Positions 24,710 to 35,264 of a DNA stretch of 64,000 bases are shown here, piece by piece. Position 1 is the stretch's first letter. Each line of letters opens with the position of its first letter. Position numbers and translations under genes: made by a program. The notes under the pieces are model-generated. The model did not search any database. It had not been told where the DNA came from and was given only the letters and a program-made list of their open reading frames with translations. This DNA is from Pseudomonadota bacterium (GTDB taxonomy: Bacteria; Pseudomonadota; Alphaproteobacteria; Caulobacterales; Caulobacteraceae). The stretch is from positions 284 through 64,283 of the forward strand of contig JAEYQX010000087.1 in the NCBI GenBank assembly GCA_023409795.1. The letters are read 5' to 3'.

Positions 24710-25498
24710 TCAGGCCCTCTGGCTGGAAGCCGAGATGACTTCGCCGGTCATGTAGGACGACAGGTCGCTGGCCAGGAACATCATGACGTTGGCGATTTCC
24801 CAGACTTCTGCGGGGCGGCCAAAGGCTTCGCGCCGGGTCAGTTCGGCCAGGGCTTCCTCGGTCGTGACCTTGGCGAGGAAGGGGTGCATGGCCAGTGACG
24901 GCGAGACGGCATTGATGCGCACCCCATGCTCGGCGGCCTCGATGGCGGAACAGCGGGTGAAGGCCATGACGCCGGCCTTGGCGGCGGCATAGTGGGCCTG
25001 GCCCTTCTGGGCGCGCCAGCCCAGCACCGAGGCGTTGTTGACGATCACGCCCGACCTGGCGGCATACAGGGTCGGCAGGAAGGCGCGGCTCATGCGGAAG
25101 ACCGACGTCAGGGTGACATCCAGCACCCGCGACCACTGGTCATCGGTCATGTCCACGACATCGACCTCGCCACCCAGACCGGCATTGTTGATCAGCACGT
25201 CGATGCGACCCAGGGCCTTGAGCGATTCATCGTGCAGGCGATCTACATCCGCCTGGCTGGTCACATCGCAGACGACAGTGTGCGGGCGTGTGCCGACCGC
25301 TTCGGCGATGGCATCGGCGGCTTCGCCCAGACGGCGCTCGTGGAAGTCGCTGATGACCAGGGTCGCGCCTTCCTCAGCCGCCCGCCTGGCCGCCGAAAAG
25401 CCAATGCCGGTTCCGGCAGCAGCCGTGATGACGGCGGTTTTGCCCTTCAGCAGACCACGGGCTTCTGGATAGGCGGGGGCGGTGTTCTTGTAGGTCAT
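24710..25498 (-). CDS. ipdF: HIP-pathway SDR (IpdF-like)
   Basis: Atypical TAAAGTGIG nucleotide motif; NNASVLGWRAQ..Q.HYAAAK; ends EVISASSQRA. Confidence 0.8.
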   Translation of the reverse strand: MTYKNTAPAYPEARGLLKGKTAVITAAAGTGIGFSAARRAAEEGATLVISDFHERRLGEAADAIAEAVGTRPHTVVCDVTSQADVDRLHDESLKALGRIDVLINNAGLGGEVDVVDMTDDQWSRVLDVTLTSVFRMSRAFLPTLYAARSGVIVNNASVLGWRAQKGQAHYAAAKAGVMAFTRCSAIEAAEHGVRINAVSPSLAMHPFLAKVTTEEALAELTRREAFGRPAEVWEIANVMMFLASDLSSYMTGEVISASSQRA

Positions 25499-26562
25499 GC
25501 GGCATCATCCAGAAGGCGGGCGGCGATCCGTTCGCGGTGCTGGGAGGCGGTGCGCAGCCAGCTGGCGCTCGAACGGGCGCGTTTGAAATAGAGGTGGGCG
25601 TGGTGTTCCCAGGTGAAGCCGACCCCGCCGTGAAGCTGGATCTGCTCGGCGGCGCATTTCTGCAGGGTCTCGGTGGCCCATGAGGCAGCGGCGGCGCAGG
25701 CATCCTCGACGTCGCCACCGGCATCGATGGCATTGGCGGCATAGAGCACTGCAGAACGCGAGGCCTCGATGCGCAGCATCATGTCGGCAAGGATGTGTTT
25801 CACCGCCTGGAACGAGGCGATCTGGCGGCCGAACTGTTTGCGTTCGAGCCCATAGGCCACGGTGGCTTCCAGACAAAAGGCGGCGGCCCCGGTCTGTTCC
25901 GCTGCCTGATAGCCGCTGGCCAGTGTGCGGATGCGCCCCTGCACGGCCTTGCCGCCGTGGGTCAGGACGGTGACGTCCGAGACGGCGATGTTGAAATGGA
26001 CGTGGGACAGCGGGCGCGTCAGGTCCATGTTCGGGGTGCGGGTGATGGTCACGCCATTTGCATCGGCGGGTACCACAAGAACTGAGCCGTCGGCCGCGAA
26101 TACGACCAACCGGTCGGCGACATGGCCGAATGGCACATGGGTCGCTTCGCCCTTCAGCCTTCCGTCCTCGAAAGCCGGGCGGCGCGAAAGGCCGGCGATC
26201 GTCGCTTTGACCTGTCCGGCGGCGATGTGCGGAAGCAGGGCGGCTTGCTGTGCTTCATCGCCAGCCGCCAGGATGGACTGCACCGCCAGCACGGCTGTCT
26301 CGAAATAGGGAACGACAGCCAGACGGCGGCCCGTCTCGTTCAGGACCAGCATCATGGCCTGCGCGTCCATGCCTGAACCGCCATGGGCTTCGGGCACCAT
26401 CAGGCCCACCAGACCCATTTCGCCGGCCATCGCCTGCCACAGGTCGGCGTCGAAGCTGGTGTCTGCCTCGACGATTGCGCGAAGCTGTTCGATACCGGCA
26501 GCTTCGGAGAGCAGGGCTTCGACCGCATCCCCGATCAGGCGATGTTCTTCGCTGAGGCCCAT
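25495..26562 (-). CDS. Acyl-CoA dehydrogenase beta-type subunit (FadE33/IpdE2-like)
   Basis: R.QFGR.IASFQAVKH, QLHGGVGFTWEH..HLYFKRA. Confidence 0.75.
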   Translation of the reverse strand: MGLSEEHRLIGDAVEALLSEAAGIEQLRAIVEADTSFDADLWQAMAGEMGLVGLMVPEAHGGSGMDAQAMMLVLNETGRRLAVVPYFETAVLAVQSILAAGDEAQQAALLPHIAAGQVKATIAGLSRRPAFEDGRLKGEATHVPFGHVADRLVVFAADGSVLVVPADANGVTITRTPNMDLTRPLSHVHFNIAVSDVTVLTHGGKAVQGRIRTLASGYQAAEQTGAAAFCLEATVAYGLERKQFGRQIASFQAVKHILADMMLRIEASRSAVLYAANAIDAGGDVEDACAAAASWATETLQKCAAEQIQLHGGVGFTWEHHAHLYFKRARSSASWLRTASQHRERIAARLLDDAA

Positions 26563-27476
26563 CAGGCGGCCCCGTAAACCGGCTTGGCCGGGGCGCGTTC
26601 GGCCAACAGCTTGTCGACCACCGGACCCAGTTCGCCCGCCAGCCAGCGCGCGCCCTTGTCTTGCGACGGGCTGTCGGACCAGCCTTCCGACAGGAAGATA
26701 TGGCCGCCGATCAGTTCGAAAACCTGACCCGAAACGTGTGACGATTGGTTGCTGCACAGCCAGGCTACCAGCGGGGCCATGTTGGCGGGAGCATAGACGT
26801 CGAACTCGCCGTCCCTGGGGTTCATGTCGAAGCCGCCGGTCGCCGTCATGCGGGTACGGGCATTGGGGGCCAGGGCGTTGGCGGTAATGCCGTAGCGCGC
26901 CAGTTCGGCGGCCTGGACCAGCGTCAGGCTGGCAATGCCGCCCTTGGCCGCCGAATAGGCGGACTGGCCGACCGAGCCTTGCAGCCCGGCACCCGAGGTC
27001 GTGTTGATGATGCGGGCATCGACCGGGTTGCCGGCCTTTTGCTGGGCACGCCAGTAATCCACAGCATGGCGGCTGGTGCAGAAGTGGCCGCGCAGGTGCA
27101 CGCGCAGGACAGCGTCCCATTCTTCCGGCGTGCAGGACACGAACATGCGGTCGCGCACGAAACCGGCGTTGTTCACCACGGCGTCCAGACGGCCAAAGGT
27201 TTCGATGGCGGTCTGGACCATGCCGCGACCGGCTTCCCAGTCTGCCACGTCGCCGGTGTTGGCGACGGCCTGACCGCCCAGCGCACGGATTTCCTCGACA
27301 ACCATTTCGGCGGCCCCTTTGGAGGCACCGTCCTCGCCATGGGTGCCGACACCCAGATCGTTGACGACGACACTGGCCCCCTGCGCCGCCAGTTCAAGCG
27401 CATAGGCCTTGCCCAGCCCATTGCCCGCGCCCGTAACGATGACGACGCGACCTTCACAGATGCCCGACATGGTCAT
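26562..27476 (-). CDS. SDR, 3-hydroxyacyl-CoA dehydrogenase-like (steroid C/D-ring cluster)
   Basis: TGAGNGLG, VVVNDLG, NNAGFVRDRMF, YSAAK. Confidence 0.85.
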   Translation of the reverse strand: MTMSGICEGRVVIVTGAGNGLGKAYALELAAQGASVVVNDLGVGTHGEDGASKGAAEMVVEEIRALGGQAVANTGDVADWEAGRGMVQTAIETFGRLDAVVNNAGFVRDRMFVSCTPEEWDAVLRVHLRGHFCTSRHAVDYWRAQQKAGNPVDARIINTTSGAGLQGSVGQSAYSAAKGGIASLTLVQAAELARYGITANALAPNARTRMTATGGFDMNPRDGEFDVYAPANMAPLVAWLCSNQSSHVSGQVFELIGGHIFLSEGWSDSPSQDKGARWLAGELGPVVDKLLAERAPAKPVYGAA

Positions 27477-27482
27477 GACTCC

Positions 27483-28634
27483 TTACAGACGCTCGACAAT
27501 GGTGACGTTGGCCTGACCGCCGCCTTCGCACATGGTCTGCAGGCCATAGCGGCCACCCGTGCGTTCAAGCGCATTCAGCAGGTTGGTCATCAGGCGCGCG
27601 CCGGTGGCTCCGATCGGGTGACCCAGGGCGATCGCGCCGCCCATCACGTTCACCTTTTCATGCGGGATGCCCAGTTCCTGCATCCAGGCCATAGGCACCG
27701 AGGCGAAGGCTTCGTTGCACTCGAACAGGTCGATGTCTCGGACCTTCATGCCAGCCTTCTCCAGGGCGTAGCGTGTGGCAGGGATCGGACCGGTCAGCAT
27801 CCAGACCGGGTTGTCGGCCCGCACGGAGAGATGGTGGATGCGGGCGCGTGGTGTCAGGCCGTGTTCTCGCACCGCCCGTTCCGAGGCGACGAGTAGCGCT
27901 GCGGCGGCATCGCAGTTCTGGCTGGCGACGCCGGCGGTGATGACCCCGTCTTCATTTACCGGCTTCAGTGCAGCCAAGCCCTCCAGCGAGGTGGTTGGGC
28001 GGATGGTTTCGTCATGGGACAGGCCTTCCAGTTCGGCGATGTCGCGTTTGAACCAGCCCTGCTCTGTCGCCGCCTGGGCGCGCTGATGCGACACCAGGGC
28101 GAAGCGCTCCATCGCCTCGCGGCTGATCTGCCACTTGTTGGCGATCATCTCGGCCGAGCGGATCTGGTTGACCTCTTCGCCACCGTAACGGGCGTCCCAG
28201 CCCTTGGAGCCGCTAAAGGGATCCTCAAAGCCGAACTGCGGGCCCACCATCATGGCTGCCGAGATCGGAATGCGGTTCATGGCCTGACTGCCGCCAGCGA
28301 CCACCAGATCCTGGGTGCCGCTCATCACGCCCTGGGCAGCAAAATGGATGGCCTGCTGCGAGGAGCCGCACTGACGGTCAATGGTCACGCCTGGCACATG
28401 TTCCGGCAGGCCCGCACAGAGCCAGGCGGTGCGCCCGATATCACCCGCCTGACCGCCGAGTGTCTCGGTGCAACCCCAAACCACATCCTCGACCAGACCG
28501 GCATCGATGCCGGTGCGCTCCATCAGCGCCTTGATCGGATGGGCGGCCAGATCGGCCGGATGCAGTTCGGCAAGAGCGCCCTTCTTGCGACCGGTGGGCG
28601 TGCGAACGGCGTCGATAATATAGGCTTCGGCCAT
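27483..28634 (-). CDS. fadA6: Thiolase (FadA6-like)
   Basis: [41 protein letters not shown]; context. Confidence 0.78.
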   Translation of the reverse strand: MAEAYIIDAVRTPTGRKKGALAELHPADLAAHPIKALMERTGIDAGLVEDVVWGCTETLGGQAGDIGRTAWLCAGLPEHVPGVTIDRQCGSSQQAIHFAAQGVMSGTQDLVVAGGSQAMNRIPISAAMMVGPQFGFEDPFSGSKGWDARYGGEEVNQIRSAEMIANKWQISREAMERFALVSHQRAQAATEQGWFKRDIAELEGLSHDETIRPTTSLEGLAALKPVNEDGVITAGVASQNCDAAAALLVASERAVREHGLTPRARIHHLSVRADNPVWMLTGPIPATRYALEKAGMKVRDIDLFECNEAFASVPMAWMQELGIPHEKVNVMGGAIALGHPIGATGARLMTNLLNALERTGGRYGLQTMCEGGGQANVTIVERL

Positions 28635-29665
28635 CAGGCGACCTCGTATGCGAAGGTTTGGTCCGGCCCCACGGGGCGGGTGAAAATGCGTTCCGCGACA
28701 CGGGCGCGGTGCAGGGACGGCTCGCCCCAGCTGTAGGTCAGGCCGAGGGCGCGTTTCAGCACCAGGTGCACGTCGACTTCGTAGCTGTAGCCCATGGCCC
28801 CGTGGACCTGCAGGCTGGCACGGCTGGCGTAGTCGGCGGCTTCCAGACAGGCCAGCTTGGCCTGGCTGATGCGCGCGCGGCTGTAGATGTCGTTGTGGGC
28901 GAGGCCGGCAGCGGCGGCGTGCAGGACGGGGCGGGCGAACTCGATCTTTGTCTGGGCGGAGGCGAGATGGTGCTTGACCGCCTGATAGCTGCCGATCGGC
29001 TTGCCGAACTGCTGGCGTTCCCTGGCATAGTCCACGGCCAGATCGACGGCGCGCTGGGCCAGGCCGAGGCCCTGGGCGGCGGCAAACAGGGCACCGCGGT
29101 CGAACGCCTGATCCCACAGGTCGGCGCGGTCTGAAACCTGGCTGCTGCGGTCCCTGGCCCATTCCACCGTGAAGAGGCGGCGGAACGGATCGATGCTCTC
29201 GACCCGCGTCAGCTGGACCTGCGAGGGTTTCAACAGATGGATGGTACCTTCGTGGTGCAGCAGGATGGCATCGGCGATATCGGCGTCGGCGACGACGGGA
29301 TTAATGGGGTGGGCGATGCCGATGCGGGCCGCTGGATCAGCCACAAGGTCTGATCCCGGGCAGATGGGGGCAAGCATGGGGGATGCGATGCCCGCACTCT
29401 CCACCAGAGGCTCGGGCAGAAGGTAGTATCCCGCCGCTTCAGCGATCAGGGCAAAGTCGAGTGCGCCCAGCCCTAGGCCGCCGGTGGTCTCGGGGAGCAA
29501 GGCGACGGTCAGGCCGGTTTCCACGAGGGCGTTCCAGCGGTCACCGTCGAAAGCCTCCTTGCGCTCCAGCATCTTGCGCAGGCGCAGGGTGTCACAGGTG
29601 TCGGCCAGCACGGTTCGGGTGGCGTCCACGAACATCAGCTGGTCTTCGGAAAGGGTAAAGTCCAT
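28634..29665 (-). CDS. Acyl-CoA dehydrogenase subunit (FadE32-like)
   Basis: QFGKPIGSYQAVKH, LQVHGAMGY..E.D.H; paired with the upstream ACAD. Confidence 0.78.
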   Translation of the reverse strand: MDFTLSEDQLMFVDATRTVLADTCDTLRLRKMLERKEAFDGDRWNALVETGLTVALLPETTGGLGLGALDFALIAEAAGYYLLPEPLVESAGIASPMLAPICPGSDLVADPAARIGIAHPINPVVADADIADAILLHHEGTIHLLKPSQVQLTRVESIDPFRRLFTVEWARDRSSQVSDRADLWDQAFDRGALFAAAQGLGLAQRAVDLAVDYARERQQFGKPIGSYQAVKHHLASAQTKIEFARPVLHAAAAGLAHNDIYSRARISQAKLACLEAADYASRASLQVHGAMGYSYEVDVHLVLKRALGLTYSWGEPSLHRARVAERIFTRPVGPDQTFAYEVA

Positions 29666-29671
29666 CGCGCC

Positions 29672-30826
29672 TTACCTCGGCAGGCCGAGCATCCGCTCGG
29701 CGATGATGTTGCGCTGGATCTCGTTGGAACCGGCGTAGATGGGCCCGGCCAGGGCGAAGATGTAATCGTCGATCCACAAGGGCTGGCCCTCGATATCGGG
29801 CGGGGTCATCATCTCGGCCTCGGCACCGAGGATGCGCAGGGCCGTGTCCTGAAGGTGGATGTCCAGTTCCGACCAGAAGATCTTGTTGGTGCTTGTTTCC
29901 GGCCCGATCTTGCCGCCGCCCATCAGACGGCTGGCGGTCGAATAGATGTTGAGGGCATAGGCTTCGGCATTCATCCATGCCTTGACCACATCGGCCTCGA
30001 TGGACGGGTCGCACCGGTCCTTGCGGGCCTGATAGAGGGCGGCGAGGTTGGCGGCGGCGACCTGATAGCGGGCAGGGGAGCGCAGCATCAGACCGCGCTC
30101 GAAACCGGCGGTGGCCATGCAGATGTGCCAGCCCTGGCCCTCCTCACCCAGACGGTTGAAGGCCGGAACGCGGACGTTCTCGAGGAAGATTTCGGCGAAA
30201 CCGACGTGGCCGTTCATCTTGGGAATGGCATTGACGGTGACGCCCTCGGCGTTCAGCGGGAAGAAGATCAGGCTCAGGCCCTTGTGGCGCTCGGTGCCCG
30301 GTGTGCGGAACAGGCCGAAGGCCCAGTCGGCAAACACGGCCCGCGAGGACCAGATCTTGTGGCCGTTCAGGATATAGTCGTCGCCGTCCTGCACACAGGT
30401 GGCGCGAACGCCGGCAAGGTCCGATCCGGCCTGCGGTTCCGACCAGGCCTGCGCCCAGATTTCGTCGCCCGATGCGATCGGCGGCAGAAAGCGCGACTTC
30501 TGCTCGTGGGTGCCGAACTCGATCAGGGTCGGGCCAAGCAGGAAGATGCCATTCTGGTTCACGCGGCCGGGGGCACCGGCGCGATAATATTCTTCCTCGA
30601 AGATCAGCCAGCTGATCAGGTCGAGGCCGCGACCGCCGTATTCCTTGGGCCATGTCACCATGCCCCAGTCGCCGGATTTCAGCGTGCGTTCCCACTCGCG
30701 GTGGGCCTCAAAGCCTTCGCGGCTGGCGTCGAAATGCTCGAGCGGCTGTGACGGCACATGGTCGGCCAGCCACTGGCGGACCTCGGCGCGGAAAGCGTCG
30801 TGTTCGGGGGTGTAGGACAGTTCCAT
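29672..30826 (-). CDS. Acyl-CoA dehydrogenase subunit (FadE31-like)
   Basis: RVNQNGIFLLGPTL, WAQAWSEP.AGSDLA, GFERGLMLRSP, IYAGSNEIQRN. Confidence 0.8.
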   Translation of the reverse strand: MELSYTPEHDAFRAEVRQWLADHVPSQPLEHFDASREGFEAHREWERTLKSGDWGMVTWPKEYGGRGLDLISWLIFEEEYYRAGAPGRVNQNGIFLLGPTLIEFGTHEQKSRFLPPIASGDEIWAQAWSEPQAGSDLAGVRATCVQDGDDYILNGHKIWSSRAVFADWAFGLFRTPGTERHKGLSLIFFPLNAEGVTVNAIPKMNGHVGFAEIFLENVRVPAFNRLGEEGQGWHICMATAGFERGLMLRSPARYQVAAANLAALYQARKDRCDPSIEADVVKAWMNAEAYALNIYSTASRLMGGGKIGPETSTNKIFWSELDIHLQDTALRILGAEAEMMTPPDIEGQPLWIDDYIFALAGPIYAGSNEIQRNIIAERMLGLPR

Positions 30827-31575
30827 TAGAATCTGGCCTGCTTGCCGCCATCCACGAAGGCGTCGCGCGCCTTCTGGCTGTCTTCGTGGGCGTACATCTC
30901 GAGGGTGAAGCCCTGTTCGATGCGGTAGTGGTCGCTGGGGTTGAACGGTTCGATCAGGTTCAGCGCCTGTTTGGCGATGACCAGGGCGGTGCGGCTCTTG
31001 GCGGCGATGATCTCGCAGAAGGCGCGGGCCTCGCGTTCCAGATCGGCCAGCGGCACGACCTTCTCGATCGAGCCCATGCGATGCAGGTCTTCGACCGGAA
31101 TCTTGCCACCGGTAAAGAAGGCCGCACGGACCTTTTGCACAGGAGCCATGCGCGACAGGAAGGCCGCGCCGCCCATGGCACCGCGATCGATTTCGGGCAG
31201 GGACAGATAGGCACCTTCGGCAGCGATCAGGGCATCGCAGGCACCGGCGATGTTCACGCCGCCGCCGATGACGAAGCCGTGCAGGGCACCCACGACCGGA
31301 ATTTCGGCATCGCGGATGGCCTTGAAGGTCAGGAAGTTGTCGCGGTTCAGCTTGGCGATGCGTTCCGGATGGGCCTGCATCTCCTTAATGTCGACGCCGC
31401 CGCAGAAGCCACGGCCCTCGGCACGGATCAGGATGCAGCGCACCTCAGGATCGCTGGCAGCCTGTTGGATCAGCGCCGGGATGGATTCCCATCCCTTAGT
31501 GTCAAACGCGTTGACGGGCGGATGATCGAACAGGATTTCGGCGATCCGGTCTTTGACGCTTAAGGTAATCGGCAT
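30826..31575 (-). CDS. echA20: Enoyl-CoA hydratase-family protein (EchA20-like)
   Basis: PPVNA, GFCGGVDIKE, LPEIDRGA.G, YRIEQGFTLE; context with ipdABC. Confidence 0.78.
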   Translation of the reverse strand: MPITLSVKDRIAEILFDHPPVNAFDTKGWESIPALIQQAASDPEVRCILIRAEGRGFCGGVDIKEMQAHPERIAKLNRDNFLTFKAIRDAEIPVVGALHGFVIGGGVNIAGACDALIAAEGAYLSLPEIDRGAMGGAAFLSRMAPVQKVRAAFFTGGKIPVEDLHRMGSIEKVVPLADLEREARAFCEIIAAKSRTALVIAKQALNLIEPFNPSDHYRIEQGFTLEMYAHEDSQKARDAFVDGGKQARF

Positions 31576-31600
31576 CGGAACACACCTTTGGGAGGTTTAA

Positions 31601-32674
31601 TCAGGGGCGCAGGGCGGCGACGGCATCCATGCGGGCGAGGGCCTCGGCGATGATGCGGTCGACCAGTTCTGCGCAGGTCGGGATTTCGTTGATGCGGCCG
31701 CCGACGACGCCGGTGGCCATGACGCCCTCGACGACATCGCCATGGACGACGGCCTTCTGGATCAGGGTCGGCATGGTGGCGGCCATCAGGGCCTGTTTCA
31801 GCGGCTGGTCGCCGTGGGCGGTCATGCCTCTGGCGCTCTTGATCAGGTCGCCGAGGCTGGCCCCGGTCTGGCGCTTCATGATCAGGGCTGCCTCAAGCGC
31901 GCGCAGCCACATGGCTAGGGGACCGGACTTTTCGATACGGTCCATCAACGGCGTGCGGATCATGCGCTGGGGAATGCCGTCCAGCTTGGTCGTGACGACA
32001 ATCTGGTCGGTGCCGGCCTTGAGATAGGCGGCCTTGGTCGTGTCCGGCACGGGGCTTTCTGCGGTCAGTAGGAAGCGGGTCCCCATGGCGATGCCCACGG
32101 CACCGTAAGACAGGGCGGCGGCCAGTCCGCGACCGTCAGAGAAGCCGCCCGAAGCGATGACGGGGATCTTGACGGTATCGAGGACTTGCGGAAGCAGGAC
32201 AGTCGTCGGCACCGATCCCGTGTGGCCACCGCCTTCGCCCCCCTGGACATTGACCATGTCGACGCCCAGCTGCTCCATTTTCTGGGCGTGCTTCAGTGCG
32301 CCAACAGTCGGGATGCACAGAATACCCGCATCCTTGAAACGCCCGATCATCTTGGCGTCGGGTCCACGACCGAAGGAGACGGCGCGGATCTGTTCCTTGT
32401 TGGCGAGGATCAGATCGACGATCTGTTCCGCACCGGGTTGGAACATGTGGAAATTCACGCCGAACGCCTTGTCGGTGCCCTGACGCACCTGAAGGATTTT
32501 TTCGCGCGCTTCGTCCGGTGTCATCACGGCGGCACCAAGGAAGCCAAAGGCACCCGCCTCGACGCTACCAATGACCAGCGACGGTTCGGCCACCCAGCCC
32601 ATGGCGGTCTGGATGATCGGCGCGCGGCAGCCGAGACGCTCGGTCAGTACTGTAGAAATCTCCCCCGAGGACAC
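31601..32674 (-). CDS. ipdC: Nitronate monooxygenase-family flavoprotein (IpdC-like enoyl-CoA reductase)
   Basis: PIIQTAMGWV, QGGEGGGHTG, ASGGFSDGRG, MGTRFL; context. Confidence 0.78.
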   Translation of the reverse strand: MSSGEISTVLTERLGCRAPIIQTAMGWVAEPSLVIGSVEAGAFGFLGAAVMTPDEAREKILQVRQGTDKAFGVNFHMFQPGAEQIVDLILANKEQIRAVSFGRGPDAKMIGRFKDAGILCIPTVGALKHAQKMEQLGVDMVNVQGGEGGGHTGSVPTTVLLPQVLDTVKIPVIASGGFSDGRGLAAALSYGAVGIAMGTRFLLTAESPVPDTTKAAYLKAGTDQIVVTTKLDGIPQRMIRTPLMDRIEKSGPLAMWLRALEAALIMKRQTGASLGDLIKSARGMTAHGDQPLKQALMAATMPTLIQKAVVHGDVVEGVMATGVVGGRINEIPTCAELVDRIIAEALARMDAVAALRP

Positions 32675-32677
32675 GCT

Positions 32678-33586
32678 TTACTCTCCGGACTTGGCGGCCT
32701 GCGCCTTGTTGGCGGCGGCCATCGACTTGGCATCCATGCCGCCAAGGTTGTTGCCCATCACCAGATCGGACTGGGCGTGAGCAAAGTGGTGCATGTGGAA
32801 GTGGGCGTCGGTGGCGGTTCGCTTACCGCGCAGGTCCTCGACGTGGTTAAGCGCCTGTTTGGTCAGCCAGTTACCGAGACGCGGACGGCTGGCGATCTCG
32901 TTCGCCATGGCCATCACGTCGTCCATGAGTTTTTCGCGGCTGGACAGGCGGTTGACCATGCCGAAGTTCCACGCACGCTCGGCGCTCATGCGCTCGCCCA
33001 GCATGATGAATTCCTTGGCGATGCGCGGGGGCAGTTCGAAACCATGGGCGAAGTATTCGACCCCCGGAATGCCCATGCGGTTCACCGGATCCTGGAAGAA
33101 GGCGTCGTCGGTGGCGACAATGAAGTCGCACACCCACGCCAGCATCAGGCCACCCGCAACACAGGCCCCCTGGACGGCAGCGATGGTCGGCTTGGCAATG
33201 TCGCGCCAGCGGCGGCACATGCCGATATAGACCTCGTGCTCGCGGGTATAGAGGAACTCGGCAGCGGGCTTGTTGGCGTGGTCGGCCACCAGGAGCTGGC
33301 GGTCCCAACTCCTGGTGACGTCACGGCCCGGCGTACCGATATCGTGACCTGCAGAGAAATGCTTGCCCGCGCCGGCCAGAACGATGGCGCGCACATTGTC
33401 GTCGTCCACGGCCTGCCGGAAAGCGGCATCCAGCGCATAGGTCATCTGGCTGTTCTGGGCGTTGTTGAAGCCCGGACGGTTCATGGTGATGACCGCGACG
33501 TGGCCCTTGACCTCATAGAGGACGGGGGCGTCGGTCTCGTATGTGATGTCCGCCTGACGCGGCTCGGCAAGGCTGTGCAGGTCCAT
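32678..33586 (-). CDS. echA13: Enoyl-CoA hydratase-family protein (EchA13-like)
   Basis: NAQNSQMTYALD, FSAGHDIG, AGGLMLAWVCD, MGIPGVEYFAH. Confidence 0.78.
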   Translation of the reverse strand: MDLHSLAEPRQADITYETDAPVLYEVKGHVAVITMNRPGFNNAQNSQMTYALDAAFRQAVDDDNVRAIVLAGAGKHFSAGHDIGTPGRDVTRSWDRQLLVADHANKPAAEFLYTREHEVYIGMCRRWRDIAKPTIAAVQGACVAGGLMLAWVCDFIVATDDAFFQDPVNRMGIPGVEYFAHGFELPPRIAKEFIMLGERMSAERAWNFGMVNRLSSREKLMDDVMAMANEIASRPRLGNWLTKQALNHVEDLRGKRTATDAHFHMHHFAHAQSDLVMGNNLGGMDAKSMAAANKAQAAKSGE

Positions 33587-33590
33587 GATC

Positions 33591-34367
33591 TCAGGCCCTC
33601 ACGCCCGGCGGGTTGTCCTTGAGGATCTTCGAGCGGGCGTTCTTCGGATCGACCCTGGCCATGGCTTCAAGCTCGGCTTCGGTCGGGGCGGGGGTGACCG
33701 GCAGATCGTCCAGACGGGCCAGCGGGAAGCCGGTGTTTTCCTGAACCTCCTCGAAGGTTACGCCCGGATGCAGCGAGATGACGCGGATGGAATTGTCCGG
33801 CCCGCCGAAATCCATCACGCACAGGTTGGTGACGATGCGCCCCAGGGCCAGCCAGTCCGGCACCTTTCCGCCGAAACGCCCGGGGTTGAAGCCCGGCGAG
33901 CAGACATAGTCCACTTCACCCGCCACGAAGCTGCGCGTCGAATGGTTGGTGAACATGAAGCTGTTCAGGTGGCAGGTGGTGTTGCCGGGAAAGCCGCGCG
34001 CGCCCAGCATGGCGGACTTGGGTTTTTTGTGGTCGCCGATGACGCTGATGTTCGTCTGGCCAAAGCGGTCCATCTGGACCGGAGCGACCATGGCGTGACG
34101 CTTGCCGCCCCACAGGGTCCAGAACACGCGCTCATAGGGAATCCAGCCTTCGATCTCGGCGTCGGCGCTGGACAGGCCCGGACCCAGCGGTTCGGATGTG
34201 TACCAGCACTCGCCATCGGTCGTGGCCAGATCGGGGTTGTACAGGGTCTTGCAGACGCCGACGGCGATGCGCGGCAGCGGCCCGATGCCGGTGCCCATGA
34301 TTTCACCGTCTTCGCGCCATGACTGGGCGGCGGCAGCGATCATCAGTTCGGCCAGAGAATAGCTCAT
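33591..34367 (-). CDS. ipdB: Steroid C-ring-cleaving hydrolase beta subunit (CoA-transferase fold)
   Basis: Q.DRFGQTNIS, GARGFPGN, FVAGEVD, TNLCVMDF. Confidence 0.85.
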   Translation of the reverse strand: MSYSLAELMIAAAAQSWREDGEIMGTGIGPLPRIAVGVCKTLYNPDLATTDGECWYTSEPLGPGLSSADAEIEGWIPYERVFWTLWGGKRHAMVAPVQMDRFGQTNISVIGDHKKPKSAMLGARGFPGNTTCHLNSFMFTNHSTRSFVAGEVDYVCSPGFNPGRFGGKVPDWLALGRIVTNLCVMDFGGPDNSIRVISLHPGVTFEEVQENTGFPLARLDDLPVTPAPTEAELEAMARVDPKNARSKILKDNPPGVRA

Positions 34368-34382
34368 GATCCGGTCCCCCGA

Positions 34383-35261
34383 TCAGTAAACAGGCTTGCG
34401 CTGGGCGCGGATGACGTCAGGGCCGCCCACGGCGGCGACATAGACCTCGTGAGGAACATCGACGAAGCGGTCGTGATATTCGCGGTAGGCCCCCGGTTGG
34501 GCCGCTTCGACGTAGGTTTTCAGGTGGCCCATATCGATGTGGTAATCGGGCTCTGCGCTGGTCGGGTGGGCACCGAATTCCACCTCGGCCACGCCGGCAA
34601 TCAGGGCGCGTTCGATGATGTTGAAACGGCTGTTCGCACGCAGGTCGAGTTCGGCGGTCGAAACCAGCTTCTCGGTCGTGACGAAGGTCTTTTTCGCGGC
34701 ACGGGCCAGCAGTTCGTCAAACAGGGGATCGGGCGACAGGGTCAGCACATTGCCGCGCTCGTCCGAACGGTGGACGTGCAACAGCGCGGCGTCCAGGTGG
34801 ATGGCCGGCATGGCCAGCAGGGTCTCGCCGTCGCCGAACGGACTCTCAACGGTTTTCGACAGTTCCGGCTGTTTGACCAGATCGGTGCCCAGGCCGATGC
34901 GGCTGGGCAGGAAGGGCACGCGCATGGCTGCGGCACGCAGGCCAAGCTGGTACAGGCCCTCGTCCAGTTCCAGAATGTCGAACTGGCCCTTCTGGCGGGC
35001 GGCACGGAAGTGCGGCTCCAGCGGGATCTGGTCCATGCTGACGAAGGAGAAGATCAGCTTCCTGATCTTGTCATTGGCGGCCAGAACGCCAATGTCCGGC
35101 CCGCCATAGGCGACGACCGTCAGGTCTTTCACCTTGCTGCGGGCGATGGCGCGCACCAGCGCCATCGGCTTGCGGCGGGTGGCCCAGCCACCGATGCCGA
35201 TCGTCATGCCGTCTTCGAGTTGGTCGACGATCTCGTCGAGGGTCATACGCTTGTCAGCCAT
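34383..35261 (-). CDS. ipdA: Steroid C-ring-cleaving hydrolase alpha subunit (CoA-transferase fold)
   Basis: GMTIGIGGW..RRKPMALVR, ELDEG, GLRAAA.RVPFLP.R.GLG.D. Confidence 0.85.
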   Translation of the reverse strand: MADKRMTLDEIVDQLEDGMTIGIGGWATRRKPMALVRAIARSKVKDLTVVAYGGPDIGVLAANDKIRKLIFSFVSMDQIPLEPHFRAARQKGQFDILELDEGLYQLGLRAAAMRVPFLPSRIGLGTDLVKQPELSKTVESPFGDGETLLAMPAIHLDAALLHVHRSDERGNVLTLSPDPLFDELLARAAKKTFVTTEKLVSTAELDLRANSRFNIIERALIAGVAEVEFGAHPTSAEPDYHIDMGHLKTYVEAAQPGAYREYHDRFVDVPHEVYVAAVGGPDVIRAQRKPVY

Positions 35262-35264
35262 AAC